A stretch of 64,000 bases of DNA from a bacterium (GCA_963662285.2 CAXXMV010000006.1:1-64000); one strand, 5' to 3'. Positions 37,729 through 48,250 are shown, counted from the first letter of the stretch. Translations and numbers: made by a program. The notes: generated from the letters alone by a model not told the origin.

Positions 37729-39231
37729 ATGGAATCCCAGAATCATCTGCTTACCTGGATGACATTTTGGCCATTGATTGGCGCCGCCGTAATCTTATGT
37801 ACGCCGTCAAGAGCTAAATTGTTTATCAAGCAATTGGCCTTTCTCTTCACATTACCTTCATTAGCCTGCGGGTTGTGGATGATGAAAGATTACGATCCTG
37901 CGCTGAGTTACCAGTTTGTAGCCAAAGTTCCATGGATCGAGACTTTTAATATTTTCTACTTTGTCGGCGCAGATGGCCTGAGCGTGCCTTTGCTGCTGCT
38001 TACGGTATTTCTATGTCCGATCTGCATACTTGCGTCTTGGGGTATAAATGACCGGGTAAAAGGGTATTTCTCTCTTTTCCTGCTCTTGGAAACAGGTATG
38101 TTGGGCGTGTTTATTTCGCTCGATTTCTTCCTTTTCTATGTATTTTGGGAGCTGATGCTGCTGCCGATGTACTTCCTGATTGGAGTCTGGGGCGGACCAC
38201 GGCGTGAATACGCCGCGATTAAGTTCTTCCTTTATACCCTGTTCGGCAGCGTGTTCCTGTTCATCGCCATGATCGTGCTATATATCAACACCGGCTCATC
38301 GTTTGATCTGACCACGCTTGGCCCTGATATAGCAGCTTCCAGTTTCTGGGCTAACGCCGCTAATTTGAAATGGTGGCTCTTCCTGGCTATGTTCGTGGCT
38401 TTCGCCATCAAGATTCCGGCCTTCCCATTCCATACATGGCTGCCCGACGCCCACGTTGAGGCGCCGACCGCTATCAGCGTTATCCTGGCTGGCATCCTGC
38501 TTAAGATGGGAACCTATGGTCTTCTGAGAATCAGTTATCCAATCCTGCCGGATATGGCGGTTAAGTTTGCAATATTTATCGCGGTTATTGCTTTTATAAA
38601 CATTATCTACGGCGCCCTGGTTGCTATGGCGCAAACCGATTTGAAGAAACTGGTGGCTTATTCAAGCATCAGCCACATGGGCATCGTTATGCTGGGTATG
38701 GCGGCTATGACCCCTGCCGGTATGAACGGCGCCGTCCTTCAGATGTTCAACCACGGAACAATCACCGCCATGCTCTTCCTTCTGGTCGGCGTGGTTTACG
38801 ATAGGGCGCATCATCGCAACATCGACGGATTCGGCGGACTGGCAAAGAATTTGCCCGTCTATGCAGGCATAACTGCTGTGGCTTTCTTCGCCGCGTTGGG
38901 GCTTCCGGGATTCTCTGGATTCATCAGTGAAGTCCTCGCATTCATGGGCGGCTTCATGAGCCATATCTTATGGATTCGTATAATTACGATTATTGGCACC
39001 TCCGGTATCGTTTTGACGGCGGTCTATATGCTGTGGACTTATCAACGTATGTTCCTTGGACCGGTAAACGAGAAATACGCTGATATGCCTGATTGCACCT
39101 TGCGTGAAAAAGTTACCCTGATACCTATCGCTATAATCGTGCTTGTTTTGGGTATTTTCCCGAATCTGTTAATTAATTTGTTCGAACCGACCATGGGTCG
39201 CTTGGTAGAATTACTTTCGAAAAACTTCTAG
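37729..39231 (+). CDS. nuoM: NADH-quinone oxidoreductase subunit M
   Basis: FYVFWELMLLPMY, PFHTWLPDAHVEAPT, LKMGTYG, AYSSISHMG. Confidence 0.97.
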   Translation: MESQNHLLTWMTFWPLIGAAVILCTPSRAKLFIKQLAFLFTLPSLACGLWMMKDYDPALSYQFVAKVPWIETFNIFYFVGADGLSVPLLLLTVFLCPICILASWGINDRVKGYFSLFLLLETGMLGVFISLDFFLFYVFWELMLLPMYFLIGVWGGPRREYAAIKFFLYTLFGSVFLFIAMIVLYINTGSSFDLTTLGPDIAASSFWANAANLKWWLFLAMFVAFAIKIPAFPFHTWLPDAHVEAPTAISVILAGILLKMGTYGLLRISYPILPDMAVKFAIFIAVIAFINIIYGALVAMAQTDLKKLVAYSSISHMGIVMLGMAAMTPAGMNGAVLQMFNHGTITAMLFLLVGVVYDRAHHRNIDGFGGLAKNLPVYAGITAVAFFAALGLPGFSGFISEVLAFMGGFMSHILWIRIITIIGTSGIVLTAVYMLWTYQRMFLGPVNEKYADMPDCTLREKVTLIPIAIIVLVLGIFPNLLINLFEPTMGRLVELLSKNF

Positions 39232-39232
39232 G

Positions 39233-40723
39233 ATGGCTCTGATGGGAAACGTTGAAAGCCTGGCTTATTTCGTCCCTGAATTAGTATTAACCGTGACGCT
39301 TGTATTGGCGTTGCTCGCCTCGATTTTCGGCGTAGATCGCGCTAAATGGGACGTTATCGGGGCGCTGTCGTTGGTTGGAACCATCGTTGCGTTCCTGTTT
39401 CATATTGCTCTATATGACAAACCTGCTACGATTATCTTTCAGGGCATGTTAGTGCATGATATGTTCGCGCTCTTCTTCAGGGGATTCTTTATCTTTTGTA
39501 CGGCGATCATCATATTTATGACGATGTTCTCCAGCGAAGTGTTCTCTCTCAAAAAAGGCGAATTCTACGCTATTCTATTATCCGTAACCATCGGCATGTG
39601 TCTGGTCGCTTCATCGCATGATATGGTGATGATCTATCTGGCGCTTGAGTTGATGAGCCTTGGTTCCTATATTCTGGCTGGCTTCGCCCGCAAAATAGGC
39701 AAGTCGGAAGAAGCTTCGCTTAAATACGTTCTCTACGGCGGCGTATCAACTGGCATGATGCTCTTTGGATTAAGTCTGCTCTATGGTTTGACCGGCAGCA
39801 CCGGATTTGAAGGAGTGCGCCAAGGTCTGGCCAACGCCTCAGGCGGGATTGATCTGGCTGTATATGCAATCTTCATTTTTATCCTGGCTGGAGCGGGCTA
39901 TAAGATCGCAATGGTTCCGTTTCACTTCTGGGCGCCGGACGTCTATGAAGGGGCGCCTACTCCCGTCACCGCATATCTCTCAGTGGCATCAAAGGGCGCT
40001 GGTTTCGCTCTGCTGATCCGCCTGGCATTCTCGATATTGCTGCAACCCGGCGAAAGCGGGGCCTGGATCGAAGTTGGAAGCATAAACATCGACTGGATGT
40101 TTACCATCGCATTGCTCTCAGCTATAACCATGACAATCGGCAACCTGGGCGCCATAGTACAAGTCAATCTCAAGCGGCTATTGGCCTATTCAGGCATCGC
40201 CCACGCCGGATATATCCTGATGGGCGTCAGTACTCTGACCACTGCCGGACTCGAATCGGTTATCTTCTATCTGATTATGTACCTCTTCACCAACCTGGTA
40301 GCCTTCCTGGTTATAATCATGATGGTGGAAGCGCAGGACGATGACCGCATCACCGCCGTCCGTGGACTATGGAAGCGTGCGCCGTATTCAGCTGTTTTCA
40401 TGACCGTTGCCCTTATATCACTAATCGGCATTCCTCCCGCAGCCGGATTTGTGGGTAAAGTATATATCTTTTTTGCAATCCTCCAGTCGCAGATGTATTG
40501 GCTGGCAGTTATCGGCGCACTTAATACAGTGGTTTCGCTTTACTACTATGCACGCATCATCAAGGCTATGTTCCTAGAAGAAGCGCCTGATGCGGAACCA
40601 TTTACTTTGAAACCGGTTTATCTCGGTCTGCTGATTGCTCTAACCATCCCCATCATTTATTTCGGTCTATTTTGGAATCCGCTGGTCAATTACGCCAAAT
40701 TCTGCGCCCAGCTGATCCAGTAA
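39233..40723 (+). CDS. nuoN: NADH-quinone oxidoreductase subunit N
   Basis: EASLKY, PFHFWAPDVYEGAPTPV, KRLLAYSGIAHAGY, YYYARII. Confidence 0.97.
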   Translation: MALMGNVESLAYFVPELVLTVTLVLALLASIFGVDRAKWDVIGALSLVGTIVAFLFHIALYDKPATIIFQGMLVHDMFALFFRGFFIFCTAIIIFMTMFSSEVFSLKKGEFYAILLSVTIGMCLVASSHDMVMIYLALELMSLGSYILAGFARKIGKSEEASLKYVLYGGVSTGMMLFGLSLLYGLTGSTGFEGVRQGLANASGGIDLAVYAIFIFILAGAGYKIAMVPFHFWAPDVYEGAPTPVTAYLSVASKGAGFALLIRLAFSILLQPGESGAWIEVGSINIDWMFTIALLSAITMTIGNLGAIVQVNLKRLLAYSGIAHAGYILMGVSTLTTAGLESVIFYLIMYLFTNLVAFLVIIMMVEAQDDDRITAVRGLWKRAPYSAVFMTVALISLIGIPPAAGFVGKVYIFFAILQSQMYWLAVIGALNTVVSLYYYARIIKAMFLEEAPDAEPFTLKPVYLGLLIALTIPIIYFGLFWNPLVNYAKFCAQLIQ

Positions 40724-40753
40724 TTCAGCTGGTGGGCTTAAACCCGGTAGACA

Positions 40754-40783
40754 GGGTGGGCTAAAAGCGAAGCGTAGCCCACC
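40754..40783 (+). repeat. GGGTGGGC...GCCCACC REP-like palindrome after nuoN
   Basis: gggtgggctaaaagcgaagcgtagcccacc, preceded by a second ggtgggctt half-site at 40731. Confidence 0.55.
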
Positions 40784-40898
40784 AAATCCACCCATATCAA
40801 TTCTCAAAAACCACTCAAAATCCTTTCATCGCTCATCATATAAGAATATGATGCGTTATAATAAATATGTTCTCTAACTCAAATTTTCTGGTGGTCTA

Positions 40899-41600
40899 TT
40901 GATGAGCAAATATCCTATTAGCGTTTCGGTTTTCTATCCGGCCCACAATGAAGTTGATAATATTGGTGATTTAGTTGAAAAAACGGTAAGCGTCATTTCT
41001 GATCAAATAGATGATTTTGAAATCCTGATAATTAACGACGGGAGTACTGATGGTACCCGTGAGGCAGCTGACCAATTGGCTCAAAAGCACCCGCAAGTGC
41101 GCGCTATTCATCACGAAGTCAACCGTGGATACGGCGGCGCGGTAAAAACCGGGATTGCATCAAGTTCCAAGGATTGGGTATTCTTCTCCGATGGAGATGG
41201 GCAGTTTGATATAGGCGAAATTTCACTGCTTTTAGAGCATTCCGGCGACCATGACGCTGTGGTTGGATACCGTCTTGACCGCCGCGACCCGTTTCACCGA
41301 AAAGTATTCGCCTTCTGCTGGGGAACCTTGATACGCTTCCTGTTCGGCTTTCACTGCCGCGACCTGGATTGCGCCTTCAAACTGTTTAAGCGCCAATATT
41401 TCGATGGCGTGGAATTAAAAGCTGAGGGAGCGGTTATCACCGTAGAGTTCTTCTCCATCCTAAAAAAGAACAATGCCCGAATTAAACAGGTCGGCGTGCA
41501 TCATTATCCGCGGTCCGCTGGAGAACAATCCGGCGGCGATCCGAAAGTTGTCCTGCGCGCCTTCAAAGAATTGATAAAGTTCTATAATAGTTTGAAGTAG
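40899..41600 (+). CDS. Glycosyltransferase family 2 (DPM1-like)
   Basis: PAHNE, INDGSTDGT, NRGYGGA, DGDGQF, DLDCAFKL. Confidence 0.92.
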   Translation: MMSKYPISVSVFYPAHNEVDNIGDLVEKTVSVISDQIDDFEILIINDGSTDGTREAADQLAQKHPQVRAIHHEVNRGYGGAVKTGIASSSKDWVFFSDGDGQFDIGEISLLLEHSGDHDAVVGYRLDRRDPFHRKVFAFCWGTLIRFLFGFHCRDLDCAFKLFKRQYFDGVELKAEGAVITVEFFSILKKNNARIKQVGVHHYPRSAGEQSGGDPKVVLRAFKELIKFYNSLK

Positions 41601-41645
41601 AAAACATGATATCCTGCCAAATCTTTTAATGACGGATAGCCAAAT

Positions 41646-41680
41646 CCCCTCTCCCCGTGGGAGAGGGTTAGGGTGAGGGC
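41646..41680 (-). repeat. CCCTCACCCTAACCCTCTCCC..GGAGAGGG REP-like repeat (inverted)
   Basis: cccctctccccgtgggagagggttagggtgagggc is nearly the reverse complement of the 13153 copy. Confidence 0.8.
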
Positions 41681-41742
41681 TAATACCAACCACCTTTGCA
41701 ATATCGTTTATTCTATTTAACCACAATAAGGACTATGCGTTA

Positions 41743-42965
41743 GTGATTCTTGGTGAAGGCGCGAAAAGAAGAACCGGCTTAAAGGTGCTTGCCAATACAT
41801 GGTTCCTGTGTTTGGGGCAGGCCTGCGTATTTCCACACCTCACCCGTTACTATGATTTAGACCTTCATTTAAGCGATTTCCATATTGGTCTGATGATGGC
41901 GCTGCCCGCATTAGGCGCGGTTTTGATGCAACCGTTATGGGGCATTCTGGCGGTACCGGATTATCGGCCGCACCAAGGCCATTCGTTTGACATTGGTCAT
42001 GAATATATTAATGCTGATCGTTTTTGCTTTTTTCATACCAAAAGGGCGGATTTCCTCTTTTGCTGATTTCCGGCATTATGTTGTACATAAGTTACAGCGC
42101 CGGATTACCCATCAATTCAGCCATTATTCTTGCTTTTCTGGGCAAGAAAAACCGTCATTTATTTGGCCGTATACGCGTAGCCGGAAGCATAAGTTTCACT
42201 TTGGGGATGTTCGTGATTTGTCCTCTGGTGATTGGTCTTTCTATATGGTGCGGCTTTTATGACAGAACATTATTATTCTTAACCGCCTGCATCTTTTACT
42301 TTATCACCATATTAACCACATTCTGGGATGAAAATCACTTCGAGAAGCATATCAAACCTGAATTTGATTCTTTTCTTAATATCTTTCGCAACCGCAATAT
42401 GGTGATTTTCTATCTATCCATCTTCTGCGTCTCAATCGGCGCATCGGCTGGAATCCAATATCTTGGACCCTATGTCGGGCATCGGGGGTTATCCGAACGT
42501 TTTTTTTCTACATTATGGTTAGTCGGCGTCAGCGTCGAAATATTATGTACTTACAACCTGCACCGTTTCGCTAAAACTATCGGCTTGAAATACACAGTGA
42601 TCCTTGGTTTCGCCGCTGAATTTATTCGCTGGTTCGGGATGTCGATGGTGGTTGCTCCCGGTTGGATTATCGCTTTGAATGTTTTTCATGGACCGGCGGT
42701 ATTGGGCGTTTTATTCGCTTCTGCGATGTATTTGGATGCTGAATGTGAAGAAAGCATCCGCTCCACCGCTCAGGCTATGCTCTATTTTTCCTTCGTCGGA
42801 GGACAGGTTACCGGCTACATTCTGGCCAGTGCGCTGGTAAATCATTATAGTTATCTACCCAGGTATGAAGCGATTCAAAGTAGTTTCTTCTGGTTTAGTC
42901 TTTTCGCGCTTTTTGCAGCAATAATGGGTTCTATTTTCTTGAAAAAAGTTCCAAGGCATGGATGA
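41743..42965 (+). pseudogene. MFS transporter (LacY/nucleoside-H+ symporter-like), split by two +1 frameshifts (pseudogene or assembly error)
   Basis: ORFs at 41743, 41987 and 42024 occupy successive frames. Removing one base at about 41954 restores 'QPLWGILADRIIGRTK' (MFS motif A); removing one T at 42021-42033 joins the C-terminal ORF ('FGRIRVAGSI', 'IRSTAQA'). Confidence 0.75.
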
Positions 42966-43072
42966 ATCATGTCAAATAAGAGCGGATGAAAGAGATAATT
43001 AATTACTTTTGACAAAATAATGAAAATAAATTGCCAGTAGTGAAAAAAAATGTGGAAAAATGCATAAAGTCC

Positions 43073-43102
43073 TTGACAGATGAAGGGTTATTTACGTATG
43101 AT
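43073..43102 (+). promoter_or_regulatory. Sigma-70 promoter
   Basis: TTGACA-N18-TATGAT about 70 bp upstream of ATG 43175. Confidence 0.55.
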
Positions 43103-43174
43103 TGATTACAAAATAGATAAAAGTCGCCGCTGCGTTGTTGCGGAATGCGTGATATTTGAAAGGAGAGAGGTCTT

Positions 43175-43822
43175 ATGCTTAGGCAAGTCCCTCTATTATT
43201 ACTTATCGTTGGTTTATTAGTTTGTTTGGGCGCTTGGGCTGTACCTATGGCGAATGCACAAGAGACGCCTATAGAAACTCCGGTTGAAACTCCAACTCCA
43301 ACCCCAACGGTGTTGCCTATTGTACCAACACCGACCGAATCTCCTGTTAATGTTGCAACGCCAACGGAGACTCCTGTGGTTGTTCCAACACCAACTAATA
43401 TCCCAGTTGGTATTCCGACTCCAACTGAGACCCCAGTTGTTGTTCCGACTCCGACAGAGACTCCTGTTGTTGTTCCGACGCCAACCGAAACTCCTGTTGT
43501 TGTTCCGACGCCAACCGAGACTGCTGTTGTTGTTCCGACGCCGACTGAAACGGCTGTAGTTGAACCGACGCCAACGGAAACACCGGTGGATGTACCGACT
43601 CCAACTCCGACCGTAACGCCGACTCCATTACCAGTAGAAACTGGCGATATGGATGGAGATGGTGTAATCACAGAAGACGATGCTGTTTCGATTCTTGATC
43701 TCTTCCTTAGTGGAGAGGAACTGACGGAAGAGCAATTGCAAGCCGCTGACGTCAATGGCGATGGAGTTATAACTCCACAGGATGCGCAGGACTTACTCTT
43801 GCAAATTCTCGCTGGTGGATGA
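43175..43822 (+). CDS. Secreted Pro/Thr-repeat protein with C-terminal dockerin-type (double EF-hand) domain
   Basis: Signal peptide ending ANA|QE; 10-aa repeats of about PTETPVVVPT (30-bp DNA period); GDMDGDGVITEDDA...ADVNGDGVITPQDA. Confidence 0.85.
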   Translation: MLRQVPLLLLIVGLLVCLGAWAVPMANAQETPIETPVETPTPTPTVLPIVPTPTESPVNVATPTETPVVVPTPTNIPVGIPTPTETPVVVPTPTETPVVVPTPTETPVVVPTPTETAVVVPTPTETAVVEPTPTETPVDVPTPTPTVTPTPLPVETGDMDGDGVITEDDAVSILDLFLSGEELTEEQLQAADVNGDGVITPQDAQDLLLQILAGG

Positions 43823-43849
43823 TGCAACTATAATTAAATGAATTCTTTT

Positions 43850-43884
43850 GCGGCCGGAAGCTAACGCTTCCGGCTGCTTTGTTT
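43850..43884 (+). terminator. Intrinsic terminator
   Basis: gcggccggaagc-taac-gcttccggctgc followed by a T-rich tail. Confidence 0.7.
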
Positions 43885-43923
43885 ATTTCGTATGACATTT
43901 GTATATAGAATTGGAGATTTTTC

Positions 43924-45307
43924 ATGAGCATCAAACAATACTCAACCGTTATCGACGATCATTTTCCAAAATACTTTTTCTCTGGTTTTACAGACAATCC
44001 AGATGTTACGGATATGTTGCGGGCTGTGAACGCTCAGGTTTGTTTGTATGAAAAAGTGACTTGGTCGCTTCCGGGAGATGATGGAGAGATGGTTGTAAAA
44101 GGTCTGCGCTATGGCGAGAATCCCGGACAGGAAGCCGCGCTTTACCGCCCTATCAACGGCCACATAAATCTGGCGGGCATCGAATTTCTGGGTGAGGGAT
44201 CAGGTTTGGTAGGCAATATGAATGAGGATTGCCTTATTCAGTTCGGTAAACATCCCAGCAAAACCAACCTGACCGATGTCGACAGCGGTTTGTCGATATT
44301 GAAATACTTCCATGAATTCCCCTGCGTCATCATTATGAAACATAATAATCCCAGCGGCGTGGCTATTGGCGAAAATCTGGCCGATGCATATATGAAAGCC
44401 TGGCAGGCGGATCCCATTGCGCCATTCGGCGGCGTGGTGGTGGTTAACCGTCCGGTAGATAAAGAGACCGCTGAAGCGGTGGCTGAGCAGTATTATGAAG
44501 TTATCTGCGCCCCCGATTATGAAGAAGGAGTGGTTGAAATATTAAAAGGCCGCAAAAACCTGCGTATTATCAGGCTGAAAGATATCTCCCGTTTGACTGA
44601 TTATATCGGACAACGTTACGTCGATTTGAAAGCGCTTTCCGATGGCTCCATCTTCCAGCAGTGGTCTTATGTACCCACAGCGGGTAAGGATCAGAACGTG
44701 ATTCGTTCTTTCAAGGATTTCGCCGACAGCGTTGAATTGCCGGTTGATCTTCCAGAACGCGCCATGATTGATGGCCGCATCAAAAAGACTGGCAAAACAG
44801 TTTCAATACAACGTAAACCAACCGACCAGGAACTAAAAGATATGTGGTTCGCCTGGATGGTGGAAACCGGAGTAACATCAAACTCCGTGTTGACTGCCAA
44901 GGACGGCGCCACGGTATCCATCGGCGTTGGCGGGCAGGATAGGGTTATGATGGCCAAACAGTGCGTCTCCAAGGCCTTTATCTCGCGTCAGGCGCTGCTT
45001 TCCATTCAGAAGCATGGTATGCAATTCGATGCTCTGGTTCTAGAAGCGCTCAACGGAGTATTTCCTCATAGCGCAGTGAAAGCGATTGAAAAGGAAGCCA
45101 TGCAGGGTAACGCTGGTTTGGAGGGGCGCCGTAGCCGCCTCAGACGCATTCTTCCCCTTCCGTGATGGAGTCGATGCATTGTTGGATCAGGGCATCACTG
45201 CTATCGTGCAGCCGGGCGGTTCATTGCGCGATTCAGATGCTGTGCAGGCCTGTAATGACGCTAACGCCACTATGGTATTCACCAGTATGCGCTGTTTCAA
45301 GCATTGA
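43924..45307 (+). CDS. purH: PurH-family AICAR transformylase lacking the N-terminal MGS-like cyclohydrolase domain; +1 frameshift near 45123-45126
   Basis: [43 protein letters not shown]; the C-terminal [11 protein letters not shown]...QPGGSLRD...RCFKH is in the next frame. Deleting one G from GAGGGGC gives [12 protein letters not shown]. Confidence 0.85.
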
Positions 45308-45350
45308 TATAGAAAACTGCGGTTCGATCGTTATAGAATAAGGTTGTAGT

Positions 45351-45498
45351 AAACAACCCCCTCTTGAATTCTCCCCCCAAACTTGGGGAGAGGGGCTTTG
45401 GGGACATAACCAGTTATATTCCTTGAATTTAGATATACAAAACACAGTAGGCATACATTCCTCTCCCAAGATTGGGAGAGGTTAGGAGAGGGTTGATA
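45351..45498 (-). repeat. About 148-bp composite REP/MITE-like element, inverted homologue of 6066-6212
   Basis: Its reverse complement aligns with 6066-6212, including the spacer. Confidence 0.8.
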
Positions 45499-45507
45499 GC
45501 GACCACC

Positions 45508-45540
45508 CAATCATAAATCCTGATCATCCAGATTCAGACA
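45508..45540 (-). repeat. Partial TGTCTGAATC-family repeat (right arm)
   Basis: aatcctgatcatccagattcagaca. Confidence 0.6.
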
Positions 45541-45580
45541 AAAAAAAAGCCAAGGGAATAAACATAATCCCTTGGCTTTT
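45541..45580. terminator. Bidirectional intrinsic terminator
   Basis: aaaagccaaggga...tcccttggctttt between convergent genes. Confidence 0.75.
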
Positions 45581-45603
45581 ATAGGTTTGTAGATATAACT
45601 AAA

Positions 45604-46644
45604 TCAGTGAATCATCCACTCTGCAACGCCGGTTCCTGCGGCAAATATCATCTTGCCGCGTGGAGCGTTATGGAATCCGCCTGGACCCATTTCGTTCCAG
45701 GAAATATATGACAGTCCTTTTTGTTCATGGACGGCGCCGTCAACATATCCACAGACGTTAAATAGCCATACATCACCGGGTTCTACCCAGACGCCATTCT
45801 CATCAGGAATCATAATCAGGTTTTCTAGCAGAATATCTACATCTTCAATAACTGTTACATCTGGCAATGCAGGAAAACTGAATTGTGAAAACGGGAAAGC
45901 AACTTCCATAACGGGAATGCCGAAAATCCCTTCTCCTGCTACAGCGCCTTCTACCAGGTGAGGAAGAGCTGCGAGCTTAAAAGGTTTAACATCAGCTGTA
46001 TCGGCTTCTGATGCATCGTAAATCGGATTCCACCCGCCGATATTTGCGGCGCCCAGGGTCCCTGTATGGAAGAATGGAGGACCTTCAGCTGTAGTTCTAG
46101 AGCCAAAATTGGAGTCAGCGTATATCTGACCATTTTCCTCATCGATTAACAAGGGGAAATAGCACATCTGATAAGCTGGGGGATTTTGTCCGGCTTCGTT
46201 GGGATAACCAGTCATTTCGTCGTCCCAATTGGGAGATATAAAGCACTCGAAATCCAGATTTGATCCAGCGCCCCAGCCAGCGTAACCTGTGTCATCGGCT
46301 TCAAGTAGAGCAACCATATCACCGCTGTAAACCCAACCATTCATATTGATGTACTGTAGTTCAGCGGTAATCAGTACATACAGATAATCATCATCCCACA
46401 GGGCGCGCCATTGCCATTTTTCATCGACAACTTTTCCCGCCCACTCTGGGGCGTTATCGCCGTGTTCTAATCCGTAAAACTCGCCAGTAAATACCGATCC
46501 AGCCCATTCTGCTTCGGTGAATTCACCGTCAATAACCGGGGCTGTTCCCGTTACCTTGTTAACTGTATATTCCCGTACTTCCTGAGACATAGCGCAAGGC
46601 GCCAGCAGCAATGCAAATAATATAAGTACCATAAGATTCTTCAT
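45604..46644 (-). CDS. Secreted protein with CBM9/DOMON-like N-terminus and C-terminal V-x-x-W-x-I-H motif
   Basis: Signal peptide; APVIDGEFTEAEW and ALWDDDYLYV are CBM9-like hallmarks; ends TGVAEWMIH. Confidence 0.7.
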   Translation of the reverse strand: MKNLMVLILFALLLAPCAMSQEVREYTVNKVTGTAPVIDGEFTEAEWAGSVFTGEFYGLEHGDNAPEWAGKVVDEKWQWRALWDDDYLYVLITAELQYINMNGWVYSGDMVALLEADDTGYAGWGAGSNLDFECFISPNWDDEMTGYPNEAGQNPPAYQMCYFPLLIDEENGQIYADSNFGSRTTAEGPPFFHTGTLGAANIGGWNPIYDASEADTADVKPFKLAALPHLVEGAVAGEGIFGIPVMEVAFPFSQFSFPALPDVTVIEDVDILLENLIMIPDENGVWVEPGDVWLFNVCGYVDGAVHEQKGLSYISWNEMGPGGFHNAPRGKMIFAAGTGVAEWMIH

Positions 46645-46798
46645 AACAAATACCCTTTCTTATATAAGTATTAATATTCATATATACATGAATATTAATT
46701 TACTATATACGATCAATCGAAAGAATATAATGTTGGATCAAGGTTTTTCACTTATTTTTTTGCTTTTTCCTACTGGGATAATATGTAGGAAAACCGGT

Positions 46799-48250
46799 TT
46801 ATTCTGTTGATGGTATTGAATCAGATTTCTTGCCGCCTCCAAATATAACAGCGGCTGTCAGGCCGAGGACGCAGATGGTGAAGATGATCCCATTGGGCGT
46901 ACGGCTGGTCCATGTGGCCCAGGGCCAGGGGAAACGGAAGAAGGCGTAATTTAACAGGAAATAAGTCCAGGCGCTGAGCAGTAATCCGAAGCGGGTAAGG
47001 TTATATCCAGTCTGTTTTGTCATCGCTTTACGTCCAAACCAGATGGCTGCGGCGGTTGATATTAGAAGCGGAACGATCAAGTAGACCAGCCATCCCGCAA
47101 CTGGAGCAATCGCCGCCTCTTGATAAACCAGTTGTTTGATAGTTTTGCCGCAGATTGGTATGAGGGTAATCGGAAATATCATTAAAAATGGCCACCACCT
47201 GGCGCCGGCGATAGCCACAACGGGTATTATCCCCATGATCAGGCCGATATCGTATACGCGGTCAACAATTCGGTAGGACATGAATTCAACCGCAATTAGT
47301 AAACATAGATGAATGACCAGTAAAATTGCTTCTATAGGAAGCGGCATACTTACAGGATCGGAGATGGCTGATATCTGGATTCTCTTACGGTTGAGCCACA
47401 GACCGAGTCCTAATGCAGCGCCCATAACAGCCCCGAAGGTGGTCTCCATCATATTCCACCAGTTGATTACATGTTGCAGTTGCAGGCCGAAGCCTTCGAG
47501 GAATAATTCAGGATTCCAGGCGTGGAAGGCCTGGATGCATTGTCCCAAGGGAAACCCGATAGCTCCGCCCAGAAAACCCCATAGCGCCAGGCGGTTAGCT
47601 AGAATATCTTTACGCAGCAATATCACATAAGCCATAAGCGCCATAAACGCTAACAACAGCCCACCCCAGCATTCGTGGCGTGGTTTTAATACACTTAAAA
47701 CCGCGTCTGGTTGCCAATACCAGGAGGATGAGAAATAAATGGCCGGAAGCATTTTATTTTCGGGATCAAAAGGCGAGTTCAGCAGATATAAGCCGAGAAA
47801 ATACATACCCACTATGGCGCACATAACCAGCAGCAACTCGCGGCAGCGGTAACGGATTCCACCCAATCCAATACCAAGGAACAGCCCGGCGAATCCGATC
47901 CAAAGGCCTCCTTTTATGGAGAGGCCAAGCAATCCCCAGCGTAATGCTTCCCAATTGTTGACTAGATCGGCATTGTGGGTTAATCCAACGGTTTGGCCAT
48001 AGGTCATGGAGCCGCCGAAACCCATAGCCACCGTTCCCCATGCCACCGCACGGGCTGCATTGAGCAGGGATGCTTTGGGGCATAATAGAAAAACCAGCGT
48101 GAGGCTGACGAGTAAACCTGCGATCATAGCGCCGGTTTCGTGTCCATATTGCCCGCGTATACCCCAGGCCATTCCGCCAGCCATCGCGGCGAAAAGTACG
48201 GGTTGCCAGAAACTAATATCTCTTATGGATGCATCGGATTGATTATTCAT
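46799..48250 (-). CDS. Conserved-looking polytopic membrane protein of unknown function
   Basis: 483 aa, many TM helices, Gly-rich motifs WGIRGQYGHETGA, FGGSMTYGQ, NWWNMME. Confidence 0.75.
   Translation of the reverse strand: MNNQSDASIRDISFWQPVLFAAMAGGMAWGIRGQYGHETGAMIAGLLVSLTLVFLLCPKASLLNAARAVAWGTVAMGFGGSMTYGQTVGLTHNADLVNNWEALRWGLLGLSIKGGLWIGFAGLFLGIGLGGIRYRCRELLLVMCAIVGMYFLGLYLLNSPFDPENKMLPAIYFSSSWYWQPDAVLSVLKPRHECWGGLLLAFMALMAYVILLRKDILANRLALWGFLGGAIGFPLGQCIQAFHAWNPELFLEGFGLQLQHVINWWNMMETTFGAVMGAALGLGLWLNRKRIQISAISDPVSMPLPIEAILLVIHLCLLIAVEFMSYRIVDRVYDIGLIMGIIPVVAIAGARWWPFLMIFPITLIPICGKTIKQLVYQEAAIAPVAGWLVYLIVPLLISTAAAIWFGRKAMTKQTGYNLTRFGLLLSAWTYFLLNYAFFRFPWPWATWTSRTPNGIIFTICVLGLTAAVIFGGGKKSDSIPSTE

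Noticed and set aside
43003-43827. 274-aa minus-strand ORF with VSVGVGTTT repeats
   Set aside because: Antisense of the PT-repeat dockerin gene, which has the signal peptide, RBS, promoter and terminator.
45121-45127. Programmed ribosomal frameshift in purH
   Set aside because: No recognised slippery heptamer or stimulatory structure; a homopolymer indel is more parsimonious.
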